This document shows, one piece after another, positions 1-7,500 of a DNA stretch of 64,000 bases. The position numbers were made by a program, and so were the translations under genes. Position 1 is the first letter of the stretch, and each line of letters starts with the position of its first letter. The DNA is from Candidatus Yonathbacteria bacterium (lineage in GTDB: Bacteria > Patescibacteriota > Minisyncoccia > Phycocordibacterales > JACNGX01). The stretch is taken from positions 139,769 to 203,768 of the forward strand of contig JAAXWR010000001.1 of assembly GCA_013334825.1 (NCBI GenBank), given 5' to 3'. The notes under the pieces were generated by a model. That model was not told the origin of the DNA. It searched no databases and saw nothing but the letters and a program-made list of their open reading frames with translations.

Positions 1-260
1 TAGCCAAGACGTTCCGCAAGAGAGTTGAGTTCTTTAGAAAGAATCGTATTGTCGATTTCATCACAAGATACTTCGGCAAGGAGGTCAAACTGTGTTTCAA
101 GCGAAAGGATATTCATGGAAATATTGTTCTCGATGGACTGGATTTCTTTTACTCGTTCGTTGTGAATACGATTAGAGATAGATATAGCAAGCCAAAAGAC
201 GCTACCCGTGATAACGAGAGCGAGTAAGTAACGTTGCCAATTGAGTGGGTGTGCTGTCAT
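1..260 (-). CDS. partial CDS whose start is in the window and which runs off the left edge: N-terminal TM helix followed by a coiled-coil region, unknown function; co-directional and immediately downstream of the GT2 gene
   Basis: Manual minus-strand translation from ATG at 260..258: MTAHPLNWQRYLLALVITGSVFWLAISISNRIHNERVKEIQSIENNISMNILSLETQFDLLAEVSCDEIDNTILSKELNSLAERLG... with no stop before position 1. It is missing from the ORF track because it is truncated. Confidence 0.4.
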   Translation of the reverse strand, partial: MTAHPLNWQRYLLALVITGSVFWLAISISNRIHNERVKEIQSIENNISMNILSLETQFDLLAEVSCDEIDNTILSKELNSLAERLG

Positions 261-305
261 ATGGATACTGTATCACAAGAGAGAGAGGTATTCCAGCGAC
301 GTGTA

Positions 306-1592
306 TCATCGCCAAAAGACTTTTTTGGAAGTAAGGGTTTTATATACAGCCGCAATATTCCAGAGTGTCGCAATGGCACCATATAACAAAAGAAATGAAA
401 GTGTGTCCCACCAGATAATACGTGGTTCTTCGCCGCCTATTTTTTTGCCGATGACGAGAATACCAAGAGTGAGAGCAAGGACTGCCGCAGTGATAAAGAT
501 AATTGCGTCAGTATTAAAGAAAAACCATGTGGGTAGAGAGAAGTCAGGAAATTGAAAACCGACTGCGCGTAATTGCTCAACCCCTTTCCAGATATCTTTC
601 CCCCACGTAAACAACGCAATACCCGAAAAGAATATTGCTGCAAAGAGAAAGAACATTGCTGTAGGCATGATAAGGATACCTAAATCGCCATGCTTGGGAT
701 TGAAGAAAAGTGTACGATAATCACGAGCGTTATTGATAAAGCCATACGTCCAGCGGAGACGTTGTTTGTAGAGGGCTTTGAGTGTCTTTGGACCAACGGT
801 ATATACATATGCATCAGATCGGTTGCCAATACGATATCCGTTGTGTTGCATGCGCATGGCAAATTCCATATCTTCTGTGAGGTGTGCGTTTTTGTAATTG
901 CCTATTTTTTCAAAAATAATGGTGCGGAAGAGAGAGAATGGACCAGGAGTAACATAGAGCGCGTTCATGTTAGCTCCTGCTTTACGCAGAAAGACGCCAA
1001 GCAAATATTCTGCATGTTGTATGAGGCGCATGAGAGAGTCGGGACGGTAGATTTTCATAGCAGGAGTAACTGCCATAACATCTTTGTCTTTTTGGAACGT
1101 ATCTATCATACGAAGGAGTGCTTCAGGGTGGACAAAAGAATCAGCATCGAGTGAGCCGACAATTTCTGTTTGTACATGTTCGAGACCAAGATTGAGTGCG
1201 GTATGTTTGCCGCCGTTTTCTTTTTGAAAGAGACGAATCTGAGGGTGCCCTTCAAATTTTTTCATGATATCCCACGTCTTATCCGTACTTCCGTCATTGA
1301 TAAGGAAGAGAAAGAGTTTCTTCTTTGGATAATTCAAAGAAAGAAGTGAATGAACTGTTTTTTCTACTGTCGTTTCTTCATTCCAGCAGGGTACAAGAAT
1401 GGTAACATCAGGAAGTGGCTTGGGGTGTCGGGGGTTTTCGGGTGGCTCCTCTGGTCTCCTGAGAGACCCTTTTTCAAAAAAAGACAACGTATAAAAGACC
1501 TCGACGTAGAGCGAGACAAACAGTACTGTGTATGTCACATAAGTAAGAAATGCGGAAGTCACAAAAAGAGAACTATCAGAATATGGATGCAT
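306..1592 (-). CDS. family-2 processive beta-glycosyltransferase (NodC/chitin-synthase/cellulose-synthase-like) with C-terminal multi-TM region
   Basis: GT2 core ILVPCWNEE...INDGSTDKT, DxD (DADSF), TED-like TPGPF, and the processive-synthase QxxRW motif (YKQRLRWTYG), followed by several hydrophobic helices. Confidence 0.85.
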   Translation of the reverse strand: MHPYSDSSLFVTSAFLTYVTYTVLFVSLYVEVFYTLSFFEKGSLRRPEEPPENPRHPKPLPDVTILVPCWNEETTVEKTVHSLLSLNYPKKKLFLFLINDGSTDKTWDIMKKFEGHPQIRLFQKENGGKHTALNLGLEHVQTEIVGSLDADSFVHPEALLRMIDTFQKDKDVMAVTPAMKIYRPDSLMRLIQHAEYLLGVFLRKAGANMNALYVTPGPFSLFRTIIFEKIGNYKNAHLTEDMEFAMRMQHNGYRIGNRSDAYVYTVGPKTLKALYKQRLRWTYGFINNARDYRTLFFNPKHGDLGILIMPTAMFFLFAAIFFSGIALFTWGKDIWKGVEQLRAVGFQFPDFSLPTWFFFNTDAIIFITAAVLALTLGILVIGKKIGGEEPRIIWWDTLSFLLLYGAIATLWNIAAVYKTLTSKKVFWR

Positions 1593-1734
1593 TATAGCGC
1601 ACTGTGGGGGATTGGCAATTGTTTGTATAAGTTAAGTACAAGGATTTCATGTTTCAGGTTACTGATAGAAAAAGAATGAGATAAAGTATACAAATTGTAT
1701 TGATTTTTGTACAAATATTGTATAATATAAGAAT

Positions 1735-2454
1735 ATGAAAAATATAATAATACCTTTTTTATTGGGAGTCATTTTTTTAGTGGCTTTTGTTATATATAAT
1801 ACGTATTCGTTTTCTATTACGATCGATACGGTCTTTTTAACCATCACCACATTTTTCTTTGCGATATTAACTGGTTTTTTCATTTCAAGACAAGGAACTC
1901 GATATGGACAAATTCGTCAGGAAATAGCAAACTTTGATGGTAATCTTTCTTCTATATATCGTACAGCTATGCATTTGAGTAATGAAGCACAAGAGCGTAT
2001 CGGTATTATTATCAAAAAACATTATTTACCTATAGTCGAACGACATGAATGGGATTATCATTTTACTCACGAGACATCAACGTTGACAGATATTCATAGA
2101 GAATTGGAAGCATCAATCACTGAAAAAACAATCGTAGGTATTTTGAGTGGTATTACATTATCGCTTCGTGATAATCAGTTGATTAGGAAACGTATGGTTG
2201 CGCTTCATGAAGAGCGAATTCCTATGTTTCAGTGGACACTCATTTTTCTTCTCGCAACAGTGTTAATTGTAAATCTCTCATTATTGTCATCAGTTGGTAT
2301 CGTGCTGTATAGTGTACTTAAGGCGGTGTTTGTTGTTGCTGTTATTGCGGTAATTATTCTCCTCTATCAGTTAGATAGTTTGAAACTTTTTAAAGGGTTT
2401 ATTGGCGAACGTTCCGCTACTGATTTACTTGATATTATTGAAGGAAAAAAATAG
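1735..2454 (+). CDS. hypothetical integral membrane protein
   Basis: 239-aa ORF with hydrophobic N- and C-terminal helices and no recognised motif; followed by an intrinsic terminator. Confidence 0.55.
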   Translation: MKNIIIPFLLGVIFLVAFVIYNTYSFSITIDTVFLTITTFFFAILTGFFISRQGTRYGQIRQEIANFDGNLSSIYRTAMHLSNEAQERIGIIIKKHYLPIVERHEWDYHFTHETSTLTDIHRELEASITEKTIVGILSGITLSLRDNQLIRKRMVALHEERIPMFQWTLIFLLATVLIVNLSLLSSVGIVLYSVLKAVFVVAVIAVIILLYQLDSLKLFKGFIGERSATDLLDIIEGKK

Positions 2455-2460
2455 TATACA

Positions 2461-2493
2461 AAAACCACAGATATCTGTGGTTTTTGTTTTTTG
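2461..2493 (+). terminator. rho-independent terminator
   Basis: aaaaccacag-atat-ctgtggtttt hairpin followed by a T-tract. Confidence 0.6.
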
Positions 2494-2529
2494 AAACAAG
2501 ATGCAATCAATAGAAGAGTATGATATTCT

Positions 2530-3267
2530 TTGGGGATGAAAGGAAAAACGTTTGTACATATACACCCTCTTACACGAGTTGTGAATGACGTCGTGCGGGC
2601 GTTTGTCTCACTTGGTTTTGAGGTTGCAGGTGGTCCAGAGATGGAGTCAGCATATTACAATTTTGATAAACTCAATTTCCCCAAGGATCATCCGGCCCGT
2701 GATATGCAGGACACATTTTGGATAAAAGACGTACCCAATACACTCCTCCGTACACATACGTCTCCGGTACAGGCACGGTTTATGGAGGTGCACAAACCAC
2801 CGTTTGCCATTGTTGTGCCTGGAAAAGTGTTTCGCAATGAAGCGACTGATGTGACGCACGAAATGCAATTCTTCCAGATTGAAGGATTGGTTGTGGGAAG
2901 TGATATTACGATGGGACACCTCAAAGGCACACTCGAACACTTTTTGAAGAACCTGTTTGGAAAAGATGTCCCCATCAGATTGCGCCCAAGCTTCTTTCCG
3001 TTCGTTGAGCCGGGTGTTGAAGTGGATATGCAATGCTTTAAGTGTGGCGGTTCGGGATGTGCAACATGCAAAAAGACGGGCTGGATTGAAATACTCGGTG
3101 CCGGTATGGTGCATCCGAACGTGCTTCTTGCCAGCGGTATCGACCCGAAGAAGTGGCAAGGATTTGCATTCGGTATGGGTGTCGATCGTGTGGCTATGCT
3201 TCGGTATGGGATTGATGATGTACGGCTCTTGTACACGGGAGATCTGCGGTTGGTTAGTCAATTTTAG
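2530..3267 (+). CDS. pheS: phenylalanine--tRNA ligase alpha subunit, catalytic core only (N-terminally short, 245 aa)
   Basis: Class-II aaRS motifs [77 protein letters not shown]. The only upstream in-frame ATG (2501) is in another frame and hits a stop. Confidence 0.9.
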   Translation: MGMKGKTFVHIHPLTRVVNDVVRAFVSLGFEVAGGPEMESAYYNFDKLNFPKDHPARDMQDTFWIKDVPNTLLRTHTSPVQARFMEVHKPPFAIVVPGKVFRNEATDVTHEMQFFQIEGLVVGSDITMGHLKGTLEHFLKNLFGKDVPIRLRPSFFPFVEPGVEVDMQCFKCGGSGCATCKKTGWIEILGAGMVHPNVLLASGIDPKKWQGFAFGMGVDRVAMLRYGIDDVRLLYTGDLRLVSQF

Positions 3268-3441
3268 TACAGACGCGCCTGGCCCGCACCCTTGTGGTGC
3301 TGGGGGACACACGCGGAATAAACGCGAAACATCGCGGAAGAGATACGAATTTCCTAGGGCGATACTGTTCTAAGAACAAATTGGCTGACGAGTTCTCAGA
3401 ATGTATTTAGAGGAAATTATTGGCAATATTTTATTCATTAA

Positions 3442-4311
3442 TTGTACATACATGTTATGGAAGGATATTCATCAAAATCAGAAGCTAGACCCGAGAGCTT
3501 TGATTGGGTAGAAAAACAAGGCCCTCAAGGACTTGGTAATGTTGTGCATATGCAATTTCCCAGTGGTGCGTCACACCCTTATAAAGGATGGGGAGGATAT
3601 GAAGAGCAAATGAGGAAGGATGTTTATGGAGAGAAATCTTTGGCGGACATCATTTCTTCTAATGATTTATTACTGATGTTTAATAATGCAATGGACAATA
3701 TAAGCAGTGTATTATGGCTTAGGTTTGCGTTCAAACATTATCCCGAGCGTATGGAAGATTACTATAAAAAATTTGAAGAAGCCATTATTTTAAGGTTAAA
3801 GGAAGATGAAGTTGCAAATGTAGCTTTTGATAAAAAAAATGAATTGCGTTGGAATGACGCTTGGTGGTTTGGACGTTTAGAAGAAGATAAATTTGATCCA
3901 ATAATTAAAAAAAGAGTGGTAGAGCTGTTATTAACATACGCTCCACCTATTGGCTCAACAAAACGTTCCAGTAGTTCCGAACCAGAAGAGGCAACGTTTC
4001 AGTTAAATGATTATTTAACTACGGATGAATTAAAAAAAGAATACGCAGATTGTATTCCCAACATTGGTTCAGGCTGGAAAGCAGTCCACGAAGAATTTGA
4101 ATCTAACCCGATTCAGGCATTTAAGGATGTGCTGTCTAACCCACCCGCTTATAATGCAGGGAAAAAAGCCAATTATTTTGGGATGTTTGTTACAAAATTT
4201 AAGGATTCTTTAGAAGAAGAAGAGTTGATAGCGTTAGTTAATGAAAATATGAATATCGGAGCGTTTGATAAAGATCCAATTATCGCTGCTATCAAAAAAA
4301 GTTTTAAATAA
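3442..4311 (+). CDS. hypothetical protein; AT-rich orphan gene inserted between pheS and pheT
   Basis: 289-aa ORF with no recognisable motif; markedly more A/T-rich than the flanking pheS and pheT. Confidence 0.55.
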   Translation: MYIHVMEGYSSKSEARPESFDWVEKQGPQGLGNVVHMQFPSGASHPYKGWGGYEEQMRKDVYGEKSLADIISSNDLLLMFNNAMDNISSVLWLRFAFKHYPERMEDYYKKFEEAIILRLKEDEVANVAFDKKNELRWNDAWWFGRLEEDKFDPIIKKRVVELLLTYAPPIGSTKRSSSSEPEEATFQLNDYLTTDELKKEYADCIPNIGSGWKAVHEEFESNPIQAFKDVLSNPPAYNAGKKANYFGMFVTKFKDSLEEEELIALVNENMNIGAFDKDPIIAAIKKSFK

Positions 4312-4376
4312 GTTATATATTATGTTTGTTACCGTCTCTATATTCCTAAATTCTAATTTCTAACTTCTTACGTCCT

Positions 4377-6737
4377 ATGCTCGTCTCATACAATTGGCTT
4401 AAAAACTATCTTGGCGACAGTGCGCCGACACCGGAAAAGATTGCGGAGCTTCTTACGCATGGGGCATTTGAGATTGAAGAGATGCGCACAGAGGGGAATG
4501 ATACGCTCATTGATGTGGATGTACTCCCGAACAGGGCGCATGACTGTTTGTGTCACAAGGGTATTGCGTGTGAAATTGCGCATCTCGCGAACATACCGTT
4601 TATCAAAAAATCTGGTGAATCTGTTCCTGTTACGTCCGACAAAACCATTTCTATTGCGGTGGAAGATACTGTTGCGTGCAAACGCTATAGTGTACGAGTC
4701 ATTGAGAACGTGACAGTGACAGACTCCCCGGCATGGCTCAAAGAGCGTCTTACTGCGATCGGACAACGCTCTATCAATACGGTTGTTGATGCCAATAACT
4801 ATACGATGTATGACATGGGACAGCCACTCCATGCCTTTGATATGGATAAACTGGCTGGGGGCATTGTCGTACGCCGTGCCAAAGACGGAGAGTCGCTTAC
4901 GACATTGGATAATAAACAGGTTATACTTTCTTCTGAGGATTTGACGATGTCCGATGGAGAAGGGCTGCTTGCCATTGCCGGTATTAAAGGTGGGAAGAAA
5001 GCCGAGGTAGATGCGCAGACAACAACTATCGTCATTGAATCGGCGAACTTTCTCGGTTCGGCGGTACGGAAAACTTCCGTGCGTACCGGTATTAAGACAG
5101 ATTCTGGAAAGCGTTTTGAAAACGGGCTCACACCAGAAATTGCACATGAAGCGATGGAACAAGTGACGGCGCTTATCTTGGAACTTTCTCCAGGAGCAAA
5201 AGCGGGAGAGATTGTTGATGTATATCCCAAGCGTCCGGCACCGTATCAATGTGGTTTCGCGCTACCTCATGTGAATAAGCTCTTAGGGACAGCATTGTCT
5301 CAGGACGAAATAACACATATCTTAACGCAACTAGAACTTCCGTATAGTGTCGTAGAACATCCACGAGCGCATATCGGAGGGCGGGCGAAAACATGTTTGC
5401 ATACACCGCATAAAATCGGCGCGAGTATTACCTATGATGCTCCACAGGCATTTGATTGTTCGTCGCTTATTGCATATCTCTATGCCGATGCAGGGATGCA
5501 AATACCGCGCATGACGGTTGATCAGTATGTCTTTGGAGAAGAGATTACGAAAGAACAGTTGCAAGAAGGGGATGTTGTCTTTTTCAATTCACAGGATGGA
5601 AATATTTTTTATGAAACAAAAGAATATTTTCCAGGGGTATCTGTTCCCGAAGGTGTTGATCATTGTGGATTGTATATAGGGAATGAACAAATTATTCATA
5701 GCTCACGAAAAAATGGGAGAGTGGCGCAGGAGAGTATGCAGACCATGTCTGAGACGTATACCATTGTCGGATATCGTCGCATGCCACATATTGATGAGAC
5801 ACACGTTGCTGTTACTGTTCCTGCGGAACGTCTTGATATCCGCATCGCTGAGGACTTGATTGAAGAAATCGGTCGTGTGTATGGGTATGACAAGATTGCC
5901 CCGAAAGAGCCGTTCGTGCTTCACTCGCCGACAGTTCTTCCGATATATTATGTATCAAACGCCGTGCGTTCTGTGCTGAACAAAAATGGATGTAGTGAAA
6001 TATACACATCATCATTCAGAAATGTTGGCGATATCGAAGTGCTCTATCCTGCCGCTTCAGATAAAAATTTCTTGCGTACGGATCTCGCGACGAGTATGAT
6101 GGACCGTCTCGCATTCAATGCGCGCAATATGGATTTGTTTGGCATGGACCATATTGTAATGTTTGAAATCGGAAGCGTTTTCACAAAGGCAAAAGGGGAG
6201 CAGGTGCTTCTCTGTATTGGTGCCATGTATCCGCAGATGAAAGAAGGAAAAGCAAAAGAAACAGCGAAAGGATATATGACTGAGATGATGAACTCTCTCT
6301 CAAGCGCGCTTGGGATAGAAGGGGTCGTCTTTTTCTCTGAACAAGAAACAGAAAAAGGGTATGTGGTGGAAATAGACCTCGGCGCACTTTCATCGGAGGT
6401 AACGATTCCTGATACATACGGAGACGTGCTTCTCACTTCCGATACGATGCCCCTCTACAAACCATTTTCCGTGTATCCGTTTATGACACGTGATATTGCC
6501 TTTTGGACTCCCGCAGGAACAAGTGCTGATGAGGCACGCGAAGTTGTCGTCGGAGAAGGGCACCCACTCATTATCCGCACAGATATGTTTGATACATTTG
6601 AAAAAGACGAACGTGTGTCGTATGCGTTCCGTATAGTATTTCAAGCGGTTGATAGAACGCTGACTGATGAGGAAGTGAATGCGGTGATGGAGGGGGTGTA
6701 CGCGCGGGTTGGTGAGAAGGGATGGGAGGGACGCTAG
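4377..6737 (+). CDS. pheT: phenylalanine--tRNA ligase beta subunit lacking the N-terminal OB-fold tRNA-binding domain and carrying an NlpC/P60-like insertion in the B5 domain
   Basis: B3/4 start DVDVLPNRAHDCLCHKGIACEIA, B5 ends DEITHILTQLELP ... VAVTVPAERLDIRIAEDLIEEIGRVYGYDKIAP, and a C-terminal FDX-ACB domain (FRIVFQAVDRTLTDEEV). Between the two B5 halves lies a ~150-aa NlpC/P60-like segment (FDCSSLIAYLYADAGMQIPR ... GDVVFF ... DHCGLYIGNEQIIHSS). Confidence 0.9.
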   Translation: MLVSYNWLKNYLGDSAPTPEKIAELLTHGAFEIEEMRTEGNDTLIDVDVLPNRAHDCLCHKGIACEIAHLANIPFIKKSGESVPVTSDKTISIAVEDTVACKRYSVRVIENVTVTDSPAWLKERLTAIGQRSINTVVDANNYTMYDMGQPLHAFDMDKLAGGIVVRRAKDGESLTTLDNKQVILSSEDLTMSDGEGLLAIAGIKGGKKAEVDAQTTTIVIESANFLGSAVRKTSVRTGIKTDSGKRFENGLTPEIAHEAMEQVTALILELSPGAKAGEIVDVYPKRPAPYQCGFALPHVNKLLGTALSQDEITHILTQLELPYSVVEHPRAHIGGRAKTCLHTPHKIGASITYDAPQAFDCSSLIAYLYADAGMQIPRMTVDQYVFGEEITKEQLQEGDVVFFNSQDGNIFYETKEYFPGVSVPEGVDHCGLYIGNEQIIHSSRKNGRVAQESMQTMSETYTIVGYRRMPHIDETHVAVTVPAERLDIRIAEDLIEEIGRVYGYDKIAPKEPFVLHSPTVLPIYYVSNAVRSVLNKNGCSEIYTSSFRNVGDIEVLYPAASDKNFLRTDLATSMMDRLAFNARNMDLFGMDHIVMFEIGSVFTKAKGEQVLLCIGAMYPQMKEGKAKETAKGYMTEMMNSLSSALGIEGVVFFSEQETEKGYVVEIDLGALSSEVTIPDTYGDVLLTSDTMPLYKPFSVYPFMTRDIAFWTPAGTSADEAREVVVGEGHPLIIRTDMFDTFEKDERVSYAFRIVFQAVDRTLTDEEVNAVMEGVYARVGEKGWEGR

Positions 6738-6780
6738 GCGCGGAAGCAATGCGGAACATACGCAGAACGTCGCGGAAAAA

Positions 6781-6807
6781 ACCAACACGTAATGTTGGTT
6801 TTTTTAT
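6781..6807 (+). terminator. rho-independent terminator of pheT
   Basis: accaaca-cgtaa-tgttggt hairpin followed by T7. Confidence 0.6.
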
Positions 6808-6840
6808 ATGTGGTTTGTAGAACAGACGGAGGTTTTAGGA

Positions 6841-6868
6841 AAAAACCGCCGGACGTGTGTCCGGCGGG
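6841..6868 (-). terminator. rho-independent terminator for the minus-strand small ORF
   Basis: ccgccgga-cgtgtg-tccggcgg hairpin preceded by A6 on the plus strand, which is a U-tract on the minus-strand transcript. Confidence 0.55.
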
Positions 6869-6877
6869 ATGTCTCAT

Positions 6878-7201
6878 CTACAGGGAGTAGCGACTCCTTC
6901 TCCTCTTTTTTGAGAGGAGGGCAAAGAGTTCAAGGTATATCCCTACGAGCATAACCCCGACTGACATGAGTCCAACCCCTAAAAATGCAAATTTTATGTG
7001 CTCAAAGACTGCCATGAGAACATAAATAATTATAAAAATTAAAAACAAAAATAAAGCGAAAACAAAACCTATACCAAGGGCTGATGCGACCGATAGTGCG
7101 AACGCATAAAAATTCTCAAACACGACTGCGCACGGGTCGATGTTTGAATTATCAACCGCAAGTGCGGTCGGCATTTTCGGCATTCTCTCTTTTTCTTTCA
7201 T
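6878..7201 (-). CDS. small hypothetical membrane protein (107 aa)
   Basis: Two strongly hydrophobic helices and a basic C-terminus; has its own terminator. Confidence 0.45.
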   Translation of the reverse strand: MKEKERMPKMPTALAVDNSNIDPCAVVFENFYAFALSVASALGIGFVFALFLFLIFIIIYVLMAVFEHIKFAFLGVGLMSVGVMLVGIYLELFALLSKKRRRSRYSL

Positions 7202-7500
7202 TTTTTTGTTTGTTACACGTCTTATTGGCGTTCAGAAGAAAAAAAGGCCAAAAAACGTAGGTTTTTGGAAGGAACTTATATATGTATATAATATAATCTT
7301 TTATGTAGAAAGTCAATAAGGCACAGATGCCTGATTTTTGGTATACTATATCTGTAAGAGAACATACCCAAGGGGGTATTTTGTAGTTATTTCAAAAGGT
7401 TTTTCTTTTCTTTTGTTTTGTAGTTTATATTTTAGTATCTATAACTCATCGCGTCTCATCCCGTTTTTTATCGTTTATAGTTAATCGTTTTCCTGTATTT

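Noticed and set aside
241-555. 104-aa plus-strand ORF at the window start
   Set aside because: It overlaps the 3' end of the GT2 gene on the opposite strand and the minus-strand partial CDS (1..260). No motif; a shadow ORF.
2647-3312. Long antisense ORFs overlapping well-supported genes, e.g. 2647..3312(-), 2688..3236(-), 4386..5249(-), 7507..7986(-), 11195..11842(-), 23913..24461(-), 24759..25274(-), 36643..37294(-), 37678..38109(-), 42328..42789(-), 44089..44839(-), 48534..49004(-), 53820..54236(-), 60082..60714(-)
   Set aside because: They lie entirely inside, and antisense to or out of frame with, genes that have strong family motifs (pheS, pheT, gyrB, thrS, smc, rpoB, rpoC, dnaG, sufS, hlyD, ABC ATPase). 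Their compositions are low-complexity (R/S/A-rich) mirror translations typical of shadow ORFs.
5365-5795. Intein in pheT
   Set aside because: The insertion lacks intein hallmarks: no N-terminal Cys/Ser block A, no HNC/S/T C-terminal junction and no endonuclease motifs. It matches NlpC/P60 catalytic spacing instead.
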